A stretch of DNA of 64,000 nt from Nitrosopumilus sp. (GTDB lineage Archaea; Thermoproteota; Nitrososphaeria; Nitrososphaerales; Nitrosopumilaceae): NCBI GenBank assembly GCA_965223425.1, contig OZ245003.1, positions 1,280,001-1,344,000 on the forward strand, written 5' to 3'. Under the pieces are notes generated by a model. The model ran no database searches, had not been told where the DNA came from, and worked only from the letters and a program-made list of their open reading frames with translations. The translations under genes and the position numbers were made by a program. Below are positions 21,804 to 32,042 of this stretch, one piece after another (the first letter of the stretch is position 1; the number at the start of each line of letters is the position of its first letter).

Positions 21804-23294
21804 GTGATGCCGGCGGAGTTTGATCCTACCCGCGTAGACTGGGACAACCAAGACACAAACTATCTCTTTAAGCATTTCAAATCAGTGTTTGATCAGGAGA
21901 GAAGAGAGAGAAGGTCGTTGGAAGAAAAAGTCAAGCATCAAGGCGACACAATCAAGCAGCAAAATGACACAATCAGGCAGCTGGAAGAAGAGAACAGGCA
22001 GCTAAGGACAGGATCCACAACCCAAAAGCCGGCCAGGAAGGCAAGAAGCTACAATGTGAGAAAATTCAAGGAATATCCGCGGCCAAAAAGCGACAAAAAT
22101 ACCGGGATGCGCGGCAGGGAACAGAAGACTGACATCCCAGTCACAGACCACAGGGACGCAGACATTTCATATTGTCCCGGATGCGGTCTCAGACTTGCAG
22201 ACAGCAGTGGTACCTATTACGACCGCGACATAACAGACATACAGGACGGCAGGGCGCGCCGCATCAGATGGAGCGTGGCGCGCCGCTACTGCAGGAACTG
22301 TAAAACGTCACACTCCGCACGCATACCCGGCACCCTGTCCGGCTCTCAGTATGGAATCACGATAATCTCCCAGGTAGTGCTGATGCGCTGCATGGGAATA
22401 CCGTTTGAAAAGATAACCGACCTATTTGACATGATACACGGGATACAAATCCCGGGTTCAACGCTGGTCTCCATGTGCGAAAAGGCGGCATGCCAGATGA
22501 GGCCAGTCTACGACGGACTGCTTGCAGGGATGATTCACAGGGCCCGTGCCATATGCGGGGACGAGACCGGATGGTTTCTCAACGGACTGCATTACTGGGT
22601 ATGGGTTCTAGTCTCCGCACACGGCGTGATATACCACATATCATCGACGCGCAGCAAGCAGGTGGCAGAGGCACTGGCAGGTGAGTTTGACGGAACTGTA
22701 GTATCAGACTCGTATCTGGCATGGAGTGACGTAGGCCTGCTGCACCAAAAGTGCCTGCTGCACTATTTCAGGGACATGTACAAGACCCTGGAGGAGAACG
22801 GCAGTAACGAGTTTGCCACATTCTTCAGGAGACTGCACGGCATACTCAGGAATGCCATAGACGCACGGGAAAAGTACGACAGTAATGCGGTTCCAGCAGA
22901 CGTCACACAAAGGCTGCAGGACAGGATAGACGCGCTGGCACGGCAGTCATACGACGATGCGGACTGCCGGAGGTACGCAAAAAGGCTCAAAAGGGAGGGG
23001 GATCAGCTGCTGACGTTTCTGGAGCGCGACGTGGAATACCACAACAACAAAAGCGAGAGGGCCCTGAGGATGTTTGCCACCATGCGCAAGGCCAGCTACG
23101 GCAACAGGTCCGAGAAGGGCATATACATCACAGAGACGCTGGCAAGCATATACGCCACATGCAGGATGCGCGGTGCAAACCCGTACAATTTTATCCTGGA
23201 ATACCTTGAGGGCGGCGGCAGCAGCAGAACCGACGGGATTCCCATGGCCTGTCCGGACAAAACTGCGGCAGTCAAAAAGTGTGTCTGTGCCTAA
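21804..23294 (+). CDS. IS66 TnpC transposase
   Basis: Coiled coil, CPGC...CRNC zinc finger, 'GDETGW', 'VSDSY', 'QKCLLH', 'NNKSERALR'. Confidence 0.92.
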   Translation: MMPAEFDPTRVDWDNQDTNYLFKHFKSVFDQERRERRSLEEKVKHQGDTIKQQNDTIRQLEEENRQLRTGSTTQKPARKARSYNVRKFKEYPRPKSDKNTGMRGREQKTDIPVTDHRDADISYCPGCGLRLADSSGTYYDRDITDIQDGRARRIRWSVARRYCRNCKTSHSARIPGTLSGSQYGITIISQVVLMRCMGIPFEKITDLFDMIHGIQIPGSTLVSMCEKAACQMRPVYDGLLAGMIHRARAICGDETGWFLNGLHYWVWVLVSAHGVIYHISSTRSKQVAEALAGEFDGTVVSDSYLAWSDVGLLHQKCLLHYFRDMYKTLEENGSNEFATFFRRLHGILRNAIDAREKYDSNAVPADVTQRLQDRIDALARQSYDDADCRRYAKRLKREGDQLLTFLERDVEYHNNKSERALRMFATMRKASYGNRSEKGIYITETLASIYATCRMRGANPYNFILEYLEGGGSSRTDGIPMACPDKTAAVKKCVCA

Positions 23295-23384
23295 AACGCC
23301 GCAACATCGCGCACACATGTATGGGGCTGAGCGGCGTTTTTGCCGATTTTGAACTGTCACGGTATAACGGGGCGTGATTTGTCT

Positions 23385-23494
23385 GTCAAAATAAATCCCA
23401 CACAACTCCACAAATCCGAATTAACGTTCTTGTCCTTTCTGACCTCTTTGCCACATGGTCAAAATAAATCCCACACAACTCCACAAATCCGAAT
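23385..23494. repeat. repeat-spacer-repeat unit B inside the IS66 right end
   Basis: Identical 37-nt GTCAAAATAAATCCCACACAACTCCACAAATCCGAAT at 23385-23421 and 23458-23494, with a 36-nt spacer. Confidence 0.95.
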
Positions 23495-23500
23495 AGTTAC

Positions 23501-23616
23501 ATTTATTTTGACAGACAAATCACGCCCCGTTATATCGTGACAGTTCAAAATCGGCAAAAACGCCATCCAGCCCCATACCATGTGTTGATGTTGCGGCGTT
23601 TTAAGCACAGACACAT
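23501..23616 (-). mobile_element. remnant right end of an older, inverted IS66 copy (continues at 21693-21732)
   Basis: Imperfect reverse complement of 23281-23396; joins 21693-21732 through the TSD. Confidence 0.85.
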
Positions 23617-23792
23617 TAGACATTATGCACAATTAACATTATAAAATTTTTTGGCATTTCAGAACAAAATAGACATTAGACTTTATGAACAATTGAATCG
23701 TCAAAATTTTTCCGAAAGATTTAGATCCATTTTGATCGCCGCAACAGGTATGGAATCTCCAGAACAGACGATACGCAGACTGCAAAAAGAGC

Positions 23793-23876
23793 TCAAGCAG
23801 AAGGACAGAGCAATCAAGCAGAAGGACAGAGCAATCAAGCAGAAGGACAGAACAATCAAGCAGAAGGACAGAACAA
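23793..23876 (+). repeat. 21-nt tandem repeat x4 encoding (I/L)KQKDR(A/T) heptads
   Basis: TCAAGCAGAAGGACAGA(G/A)CAA repeated in the transposase N-terminus. Confidence 0.9.
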
Positions 23877-25095
23877 TCAGCAAGCACAACAAGATCATCG
23901 GCTCACTTCGCGAGCAGCTAAGACTTGAAGACAGCCTGTGGAACGTAACCGGAGATGCAGACCGCTTAGAGACTGAGACGGCACTGCTGCACATCAGGGA
24001 GGTGATCCACGGCATACTGCACAACAGCGCAAAGCTTGCGGGAATTACCTCGTATGACCTTGACCAGTTTGACTACACCTGCAACGACTTTGTGGTAGAG
24101 TCAAAGAGGCACAGCAAAGACGCGCCGCTCTTTTCAGAGGACGAAACACCGGATCCAGGAAACCGCTGCCTGCCTGGCCGCAGGTCCGTCCTGCTGCTTG
24201 CGCTGTTCCGCAGGCGCTCAAACGTGACACAGGACGCCCTGGGAGTGCTGTTTGATGTTGACCAGTCCACCGTGTGCAGGTACCTCAAGTTTGCAGATTC
24301 CGTGCTGGCAGGGATCCTGCCTACTGCAGACAGGATGACCCGTCTGGTAAAAAAGGCCGAGACATCAGAGCAGCTAGAGCAGCTAATGCCGGACAGAACC
24401 ATCATAATTGACGGCACCGAGGCGGTGCCAAGGCAGCGTCCGCAGGACAGGGATAAAAGAAAAGACACGTACTCTGGCAAAAAGAAGCGCTTTACGATTA
24501 ACACCACCATAACAACAAACAGGGCAGGGCCTGATACCTGCAGCAGGCAGGTCCTTTGAGGGCGGGACGCACGACCTTACCATGATAAGAGAGGATCCGA
24601 TAGACTTTGGCAAGTGGTCTGAATCCATGATGTACAAAAAAGACACCCCGGAAAAGGACAGGATACGGGTACTTGTAGACAAGGGATACCAGGGATGCCA
24701 ATCACTACGCGGGAATAGCACTTGAGATGCCGGAAAAAAAGAAGCCACGGGCGGAGCTGACACAGCAACAAAAGGACTCCAACAAAAGGATCAGTGCCAA
24801 GAGGGTAAAGGTGGAGCACTCCATTGGAAGAATAAAGCAGTGGGCAAGGATGACAGACCCGTACGACGGCACGGTAGAGGAGTTTCACGAGGAGCTGGTT
24901 GTGTGTACCGGCCTTGCGAACTTTGGTTTGCTGTGGGATGCAAAAAGAAAGCGGCCGTCACTTGATTGTTGATGTATGATACGGGGTGCATGATGCACTG
25001 GAATGGTGCGCACACGTGCGCTTGAATTCTCCCGGATCTGTTGAGTGATCGTATATTTTGTGCCAGACGGGGTTATTTTTTGGACCTGTCTTTGC

Positions 25096-25203
25096 ATCTT
25101 GATGGCTTGCGCCGTAGAAAAAAAAATTTGACGTCATTTACAGAGGGGCTGATAGCAGAGGGAGAAAATCCCGATGGCTTGCGCCGTAGAAAAAAAATTT
25201 GAC
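25096..25203. repeat. repeat-spacer-repeat unit C near the IS5-like right end
   Basis: GATGGCTTGCGCCGTAG(A9/A8)TTTGAC at 25101-25132 and 25173-25203; extends to about 37 nt with ATCTT/ATCCC; 35-40 nt spacer. Confidence 0.9.
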
Positions 25204-25338
25204 TGGTCAATTATGCATAATGTCTAGTATGTCATGATTTGACATACTGGACTAAATGATCGCAATTAGGCTTATTTTATAAAAAAATCATTCTACATAA
25301 TCTTTAAAAGTTACCATGACTTTTGATTTTCGACATTC

Positions 25339-25644
25339 ATGGCTAGAAAAAAAGCTGGAAAAAAGGTTGTAAAAAAGACTGGAAAAAAGGTTGTAAAAAA
25401 GACTGTAAAAAAAGCTGGAAAAAAGGTTGTAAAAAAATCACCTACAAAGAAAACGACAGATAAAACAACAAAGAGTAAAACCGCCAAATCAAAAAAGACA
25501 AAAAATAAAAAAATAAAGGATGAGCCCTTTGATGACATGAGTATTGTTATAGTCGATGATGATATTGAAATTGACCAAGAAAAGGTTAACGAAGAAAGAA
25601 GGGCATACCTAGAAGAAGCAAGATCTCAAGAGGCATCTGACTAA
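25339..25644 (+). CDS. Lys-rich histone-H1-like protein with acidic C-terminus
   Basis: Repeated GKKVVKK motifs followed by a D/E-rich tail. Confidence 0.75.
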   Translation: MARKKAGKKVVKKTGKKVVKKTVKKAGKKVVKKSPTKKTTDKTTKSKTAKSKKTKNKKIKDEPFDDMSIVIVDDDIEIDQEKVNEERRAYLEEARSQEASD

Positions 25645-25676
25645 ATCTTTATCAAATCCGACTACATACACTACTC

Positions 25677-25916
25677 ATGCGTGCATTATGTTTAATCATG
25701 GTAAAACCGGGAAAGATTGATTCTGTTGTTCAAATTTTAAAGAAAAAGCGTAAGGTCATAAAACAGATAATGGTAGTCACAGGAAGAGCAGACATTAGTG
25801 TAATTTTACAAGGAAATATTGACGAGCTTAACAATATGGTGATTGATTTTAAAAAAATAAAAGATATTGTTGCTACTGAAACACTAATTGAAGTAGAGGT
25901 GAATCTGGGTTGGTAA
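25677..25916 (+). CDS. Lrp/AsnC ligand-binding domain protein
   Basis: 'VTGRADI' and 'TETLI' RAM-domain pattern. Confidence 0.8.
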   Translation: MRALCLIMVKPGKIDSVVQILKKKRKVIKQIMVVTGRADISVILQGNIDELNNMVIDFKKIKDIVATETLIEVEVNLGW

Positions 25917-26128
25917 GGGCCATAATTTTGGTAAAATCTCCAAAAAAACTCATAGCTGCACGGCTTCGGAGAATTACGTCGATCTCAGATTCCTTTCCAA
26001 CAAGTGGGCAATTTGATGCAGTTGCAATAGTTGATGTTGAACAATTGGTTCAAATTAAAGAAATTGCCAATCAAATCCAAAAAATTAATGGCGTGGAAAG
26101 GACTGAAACTATGATTGAAGTTCAATGA
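25910..26128 (+). CDS. Lrp/AsnC ligand-binding domain protein
   Basis: 'SGQFDAV' and 'GVERTETMI'. Confidence 0.8.
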   Translation: MVRAIILVKSPKKLIAARLRRITSISDSFPTSGQFDAVAIVDVEQLVQIKEIANQIQKINGVERTETMIEVQ

Positions 26129-26164
26129 CAATGGATTTTTAAAGAACTTCAAGATAGATCTGAT

Positions 26165-26578
26165 ATGAACATCAAAAAGGTGGGAAATGTAATTTTAGCA
26201 GTTAAAGATATAGACAGATCTCTTCAGTTTTACCATGAAATTATTGGTCTTCCAATTAAAAATCAAAGACGGGCATGGATTGACCTGGGAACATCGGGCG
26301 CTTTGTTGAGCTTGCATCCTGCATCATTAACTGCACAACATATTGGCAGTTCAATCGAAAATGGAATAACTATTGGATTTCTTGTAGGGGATGTAAAATC
26401 TGCAGTGGAAGAACTACGAGAAAAAGGCGTTACAATTTATCGAGATATAGTAGATAGAGATGCAGGAAAAAATGCAGTTATTTTGGATCCTGATGAATAT
26501 TTGATTTCTTTGTTTGAACCAAACTTTGATGACAGTGCGCAACAAACAGGCGGATATCAAGGATTTACCCCAGCCTAA
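26165..26578 (+). CDS. VOC/glyoxalase family protein
   Basis: 'LAVKDIDRSLQFY', 'FLVGDV', 'DPD'. Confidence 0.85.
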   Translation: MNIKKVGNVILAVKDIDRSLQFYHEIIGLPIKNQRRAWIDLGTSGALLSLHPASLTAQHIGSSIENGITIGFLVGDVKSAVEELREKGVTIYRDIVDRDAGKNAVILDPDEYLISLFEPNFDDSAQQTGGYQGFTPA

Positions 26579-26961
26579 ATTTTCTTTTTGATCAACTTTA
26601 TAATTTCTTCAATATTTTTTTCTTTTTTGCTTAGTGAAATATAGTAAGTTATGTCTTTTTTTTGTAAAAGCACAATCGTTATTTCATGATGTTGTAAAAT
26701 TACATACTCCAATTTCCCAACAGTGCTTGCAGTATTTTTTCTTAACGACATTAAAGTTGAAATTATAAAAAACTCATTTTTTACTTGTTCTGATTTTAGT
26801 AATGGTTTTAGAGCAGGCCTGACTATTCCTGTCAATGTTCTCCCATATTCATTTATGATTCCGGCATATCTGATATTGCTTGATATTTTTAAAATATTTT
26901 GGCATTGCTGCCTGTATTTTATAACCATACTTTTCCATTTGTCTGCAGGTGTTTTTACCAC
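26575..26961 (-). CDS. thaumarchaeal roadblock/DUF6659-like protein
   Basis: 'IRYAGIIN.YG' and 'GKLEY' pattern. Confidence 0.6.
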   Translation of the reverse strand: MVKTPADKWKSMVIKYRQQCQNILKISSNIRYAGIINEYGRTLTGIVRPALKPLLKSEQVKNEFFIISTLMSLRKNTASTVGKLEYVILQHHEITIVLLQKKDITYYISLSKKEKNIEEIIKLIKKKI

Positions 26962-27021
26962 AATAAAAATTGGTTTAAGAATTAATAAAGATTCTGGCCA
27001 TCACTAATCCATGATTTAAAA

Positions 27022-27450
27022 TTATTTTAAGCTAGATTTGCTTGTGTTTTCTTTTTCTAGTTTTTTCTTTAGTTTCAAATTCTCTTTTAACAATTTATCA
27101 TTTTCAGTTTGAAGTGTCTCAACAGAATTTTGTCTGTTGTATAACGGATGTCCCGGAGGAATAATTGTAGAATTCATTGATAGCAATCCTGATGCATACT
27201 GTTGATACATTTGTTGAAAACCCTGAAGTTTTTGATTGATAGATGAGACTTCTTGTGAAAACTGCTCTTTCATTGGATTTTCATATATTTTGAACATTGG
27301 ATGTGTTAACCCCGGCGGCAATCTTGGAAACTGCAACGCAAGATGTGGGATGTTTGGGTTTAATCCATAGATGTCTTGTAGGTGCTTTATTGCTAAATTA
27401 TCCATAAAAATGGTTCCATATCTGGTATATTTCTGCGTTACCTTAGGCAT
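27022..27450 (-). CDS. hypothetical protein with C-terminal coiled coil
   Basis: 142-aa ORF. Confidence 0.65.
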   Translation of the reverse strand: MPKVTQKYTRYGTIFMDNLAIKHLQDIYGLNPNIPHLALQFPRLPPGLTHPMFKIYENPMKEQFSQEVSSINQKLQGFQQMYQQYASGLLSMNSTIIPPGHPLYNRQNSVETLQTENDKLLKENLKLKKKLEKENTSKSSLK

Positions 27451-27697
27451 TTGATATACTGTTTAGTGAAACTCTAGTCATTTTAACTCAATTTGAGCTG
27501 ATCGCAGATCCTTATAGATTCCAGATTTTGATCGCTGGTACACATGGCCAGATCAGAAAAAATATGTCTCAAATGTAAAAAAGACATTAAAGAAAAAGAG
27601 CTTTATAAGATTGTAATTTATGTTGTTCAAGAAAAATTTACTGAACACCACTATGAACACGTTGAATGTCCCAGCAAATTCACAATCTAACTCAATT

Positions 27698-28525
27698 CTA
27701 TTTTGAAGTTGTGCTGCCATCATTATGTTCAAACACTTTGTAAATTTCCCCAGTCAGTCTAGAGCGATATTTCCATTCATCGCTTTTCCAAACAATTCGA
27801 GTGAATTCTTTTTGCAAGTTGGGGTGTAGTCTGTCATACACGTCACTTCCAATTAAAATCTGATTTGGTTTTGCCATGTTTTGAATTTTTGCTGCAATGT
27901 TCATTGCCGGACCCATTAAATCCACATGAGAGTGTTCCAAATCTGCACCATATCTTACTACAATGTTTTGTCCAAAATCGACTCCAATCTTTACCATTAA
28001 ATCTGGATAATCATATTGATTCAGAATTGGATTGATTCCTTTTTGAATTATCGAGATCATAGATTTTGCACAGTTCACTGCTCTGTCTGCTATTGCCGTC
28101 TTGTTTTCTTCGGCAATAAAATAGCCAATTACTGCATCTCCTACAAATTTTAACACATAACCTTGATGCTGTCTGATGACTGAGGCCATCTCTTGTGAAA
28201 AGGAACTAACAATTATTGCGATTCTTTCTGCAGGCATTTCTAATGTCATTGTAGTGGAACCAACCAAATCCACATAAAGTACAACCATTTCTAACTTGGA
28301 AAATACGTTCTTTCTTAGATATTGATCAGACTCGTCAACTATCCCTGAATACTCGTAGCCCTTTTTGAGAGCTCCCCAAACTCGCTTCTGAGTTTTTAAA
28401 ATCATCGAATCAGAGTCTAATGACTGCTTTTCACTTTTGTCAAGAGGAACATCTGCCACTTTATGTCCGTGTGGTGTTTTTGGTGATTCTGATGTGCTGT
28501 ATGAATCACTCTTATTTTCAGTCAT
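27698..28525 (-). CDS. class III adenylate/guanylate cyclase domain protein
   Basis: 'YVDLVGST', 'LKFVGDAV', 'DLMGPAMNIAAKIQ'. Confidence 0.9.
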   Translation of the reverse strand: MTENKSDSYSTSESPKTPHGHKVADVPLDKSEKQSLDSDSMILKTQKRVWGALKKGYEYSGIVDESDQYLRKNVFSKLEMVVLYVDLVGSTTMTLEMPAERIAIIVSSFSQEMASVIRQHQGYVLKFVGDAVIGYFIAEENKTAIADRAVNCAKSMISIIQKGINPILNQYDYPDLMVKIGVDFGQNIVVRYGADLEHSHVDLMGPAMNIAAKIQNMAKPNQILIGSDVYDRLHPNLQKEFTRIVWKSDEWKYRSRLTGEIYKVFEHNDGSTTSK

Positions 28526-28532
28526 TTTTTCC

Positions 28533-28655
28533 TTATTCTAATGGGAAATCGATCCCACAATGATGGCATTTTCCTCTGGTTCCCTTGTATTTTTCATCAT
28601 AATATTCAGTGATTTTCGTATTACAGCTATTGCAAAAAATTTTAGATTTCTCCAT
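28533..28655 (-). CDS. 40-aa zinc-ribbon microprotein
   Basis: Manual translation MEKSKIFCNSCNTKITEYYDEKYKGTRGKCHHCGIDFPLE; two CxxC motifs; below the ORF-track cutoff. Confidence 0.7.
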   Translation of the reverse strand: MEKSKIFCNSCNTKITEYYDEKYKGTRGKCHHCGIDFPLE

Positions 28656-28714
28656 GCCTAGAATTATGATTTTACATATTTAGATATTGATGAAGGTTTA
28701 AGGCGCACAGGAAT

Positions 28715-29566
28715 TTGCTATTTCTTGTGCGATTAGGTACACGATCTCCAAACGAGTTCATTCAGGAATTAAATCAAAAAAACGAGCGTATTCAAAAATC
28801 GTTTCTCACAAATATGACCGATCTGACAAAAATGGTTGAGATCAAAGTAATGATGGGAGATTCTACTATAACCGAACAGAAAACTTTTGATCCAAAACAG
28901 ATAACTGATTATTTCCAAAAAATCAACAATCATCTTAAAGACTGGTCTTTACAAGACGTATCAATTTCTAATAATGAAGACGTTAGAAGAATTTTTACAA
29001 AATTTGAGATAATGGAAGGAAACTATACGCTGTCGGGCCACTTGTCCATACAGTTTCATGTGTTGCTGTATTACAAGCCAACCCAGCGTGTATTGGACTG
29101 CCAAAAAGAATTGTCAGAGATTGTTGATTTAACAAAAAATAACGAACGGCAAATTTCAGAGAACGGTGATCAATTTGTTTTAAACAAACTAAAAGAGATT
29201 GGATGCAAAGATTTTGATCACCAAAAGTTATTTGAGATGTTTTATGAAAATGACGAATTTAGAGAAAAAATTTATGCTGAAATTGAAAAAGATGCAGGAG
29301 TAGATTTTCAAGAATTGTCACAAAAAAAGACAAAATTATTTAACGAACTTGACTCACTTTTAGTTGAAACTTATCAAACAACGCCCACACTGATTGATGA
29401 TGCGAAATTAGTTACCGGTGAAGAAGGTTGCTTATGCATGTTTGACTTGGAATTTGTTAAAAATAAAAACAGGGAAGGATTGTTTGATCCAAGAAAAATA
29501 TCTGATTCGGTAAAAGAAGGTATTTTAAAAAAATTAGATGAATTTGAGAAGATAATTAATCTGTAA
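28715..29566 (+). CDS. conserved hypothetical protein
   Basis: 283-aa ORF with host-like composition. Confidence 0.75.
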   Translation: MLFLVRLGTRSPNEFIQELNQKNERIQKSFLTNMTDLTKMVEIKVMMGDSTITEQKTFDPKQITDYFQKINNHLKDWSLQDVSISNNEDVRRIFTKFEIMEGNYTLSGHLSIQFHVLLYYKPTQRVLDCQKELSEIVDLTKNNERQISENGDQFVLNKLKEIGCKDFDHQKLFEMFYENDEFREKIYAEIEKDAGVDFQELSQKKTKLFNELDSLLVETYQTTPTLIDDAKLVTGEEGCLCMFDLEFVKNKNREGLFDPRKISDSVKEGILKKLDEFEKIINL

Positions 29567-29673
29567 ACTAAAACCAAAGAATCGGAAAATGAGATTTTTT
29601 CTCAAATGGGAGTTCCGATCCTTTGATGTATTTTGAACGTCATATTTGAACTATTTAGGCATTCCTACAAGTT

Positions 29674-30750
29674 CAGCTACACGAAATGTGCCCCAAGCCT
29701 GAGATCATGTAGGCGGTTTGGACTGGCGTATGGGAAGTGATTCCAGCTGCACCCTAAACGTCAGCATGGTCATGGCACTCTGCCTTTCAGTGCCATCAGA
29801 AAGCATTGCCCTGACAATCACCCATTCATTGTACAACCTTCTTGGGCATCAGAGTCTTTGGCCTTTTTCCTGTCAGTTATTATCATGGAATATTCAGCAG
29901 CAGAACCCAGGTTGTTTTCAATTACGTTCCCTGAGATTTTCCTTCTCTTCCCCTGTGCAAACTCTCGCAGGGCTGCCACTACGTTGTACGTATTCTTGCA
30001 CGGCATCAGAAACTTTACGTTGTTTTCCTGCAGCTTGTTTATCGCATCAACTGAGAAGAACTCACGGTCAAGCAACACCAGATGTGTCCTGATGCCCCCA
30101 TCCCTGCCATGGTTTTGAGGACGGCATCCACGTAATCAGGCACGGATTCAAGCATCTTCAGGTATGATGCGGCAAGAACGATACGCATCTTGTCATTTAC
30201 GCACTGGACTCATGTAACGCTCAAGTATTTGGTTCCGTTCTTGTATTTGGAACGTGTCAGCTCCGCCCCCGGTACCCTGTCATAGCGCGGTATGAGGTGC
30301 ATGTCAATTGCCATGCCCAGTCCTTTTTTTGGAAACCTGCCCAGTCTTTTGAGGGTTTCAAGATGCCTTGCTATCTGGCCTTCAAGCGTGTGCTGTATTG
30401 CATCCTGCTCATCCCTTGATTGCAGATGCAATCCACCTGTCAGACGGTGTGTTGCAGCGTTTGCGCCTTTGCGCATCTGCTACAGAAGAATCATGGTGGC
30501 AGCCTTTAGCATGCCGCAGTTCAGATCATCTGATCCAAACGTTGCGCTGTACCTGTCTGATGTGTTGGCGCATGCAAGCATGTTTTTGGCGCCGTCTGCA
30601 ACATCTTCATATATGCGTGGATTGTTTAGCAGTTTGCGGCCCTGTCTGGTTTTTTGTCTAAGCAACAGAAATCATGGGGTCGTACCCTCATTGATCTGTT
30701 TGCATTTTGTAGCCGATTTGGCCTGAATTAGAGCAGATTTCGCTTAGCTG
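29674..30750 (-). mobile_element. degenerate ISH3-like element
   Basis: IRs CAGCTACACGAAATGTGC / CAGCTAAGCGAAATCTGC; 5-bp TSD AAGTT; transposase fragments 'AIDMHLIPRYD' and 'LLDREFF'. Confidence 0.85.
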
Positions 30751-30832
30751 AAGTTTACGCATAAAATTTGACTAGAAATACAATTTTTGTATAGAAGAAG
30801 TCAAATACAGCATGTAACTAGCAACATTTCCA

Positions 30833-32041
30833 ATGAATCCATCATATGATGAAATAGTAAAAGCAAGCAAGATGCGAGGGGGTGAGATAAAAAAAATCCC
30901 ATTAATACGCTCTACAACATTTAGTGACCTTACAGGCTCTGATGTTTACCTAAAAGCAGAGTTTCGACAAAGAACAGGCTCATTTAAAATTCGTGGGGCA
31001 TACTACAAGATAAAGTCATTATCTGATGAGGACAAAAAACATGGGGTTGTTGCAGCATCTGCAGGTAATCATGCTCAGGGTGTTGCGTTTGCATCTTTGC
31101 TAGAAAAAATTTCTTGTACTATTGTTATGCCAAAAAACGCATCACCTGCAAAAGTAGCAGCAACTAAAGGATATGGGGCAAATGTTGTACTGGAAGGGAC
31201 AAACTATGATGAATCGTATGCTAAAGCAAAAGAAATTGCTAAGGATGCTGGAGCCACTTTAATCCACGCATTTGATGACCCCCAAATCATAGCGGCACAA
31301 GGAGTAATTGGGTTTGAAATTTTAGAAGATTTGCCAGACGTGGATGAAATTTATCTCCCAATCGGTGGCGGAGGTTTGGCAGCAGGAATATTAATTGCAG
31401 TAAAAGAAAAAAATCCAAACATAACAGTCGTGGGCGTTCAATCAAACTCTTTCCCGTCCATGTACGAGTCCGTAAAACAAAATTCGTTAACCTCTGCTGG
31501 AGGTGGACGAACAATAGCAGATGGTATTTCTGTAAAAAATCCGGGGCAGTTAACGTTTGAGATAATCAACAAATTGATAGACAAAATTGTTCTTGTTGAT
31601 GATGCTGAAATTGCAAAGGCGATGTTTCTATTAATGGAGAGAATGAAATTTGTTGTAGAGCCTGCCGGAGCCGCAAGTTTGGCCTATCTAATTTCAAAAA
31701 AACCTGCGCCTGGAAAAAAGATAGTTGCGATACTAGCAGGGGGAAACGTTGACATGTATCTTTTAGGGCAGATTGTAGATAAGGGGTTAGCAGCAATGGG
31801 ACGTTTACTTAAAATCTCAGTATTGTTGACTGATAGACCAGGTACATTCAGGGATATCATCGATGAGATAGCCATGGCTAATGCAAACATCATAGAAGTA
31901 ATACATGATAGGCTTAGTTCAGACATCAACGCAGGTTCAGCCAGAGTTACCCTTAGTCTTGAAACCCAAGGAAAAGAACAGTCAAACCAGCTAATTGAAT
32001 CATTAAGAAAGAAGAACATACAGTTTACTTTGCTGACTTGA
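30833..32041 (+). CDS. ilvA: threonine ammonia-lyase with C-terminal ACT domain
   Basis: 'TGSFKIRGA', 'ASAGNHAQG', 'GGGGL', 'GGNVD'. Confidence 0.9.
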   Translation: MNPSYDEIVKASKMRGGEIKKIPLIRSTTFSDLTGSDVYLKAEFRQRTGSFKIRGAYYKIKSLSDEDKKHGVVAASAGNHAQGVAFASLLEKISCTIVMPKNASPAKVAATKGYGANVVLEGTNYDESYAKAKEIAKDAGATLIHAFDDPQIIAAQGVIGFEILEDLPDVDEIYLPIGGGGLAAGILIAVKEKNPNITVVGVQSNSFPSMYESVKQNSLTSAGGGRTIADGISVKNPGQLTFEIINKLIDKIVLVDDAEIAKAMFLLMERMKFVVEPAGAASLAYLISKKPAPGKKIVAILAGGNVDMYLLGQIVDKGLAAMGRLLKISVLLTDRPGTFRDIIDEIAMANANIIEVIHDRLSSDINAGSARVTLSLETQGKEQSNQLIESLRKKNIQFTLLT

Positions 32042-32042
32042 A

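Larger units (their letters stand above)
21733..23500 (+). mobile_element. IS66-family element
   Basis: IRs GTAACAATTCGGATTTCTGGAGT / GTAACTATTCGGATTTGTGGAGT; 8-bp TSD ATTTATTT (21725-21732 and 23501-23508). Confidence 0.92.
23619..25224 (+). mobile_element. IS5-like (ISL2/DDE_Tnp_4 type) element with frameshifted transposase (about 23750-24972)
   Basis: IRs (TA)GACATTATGCA(C/T)AATT; 'IIDGTE', 'YSGKKK', 'VDKGYQG', 'RVKVEHSIGRIK'; two frameshifts. Confidence 0.85.

Noticed and set aside
25133-25172. Spacers C and D share ATTTACAG and CAGAGGG..AGAA
   Set aside because: Short, purine-rich and differently spaced; cannot be distinguished from chance by eye.
25345-25436. Repeats AAAAAAG(C/A)CTGGAAAAAAGGTTGTAAAAAA
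   Set aside because: Coding repeats of the Lys-rich protein, in frame; not spacer-type units.
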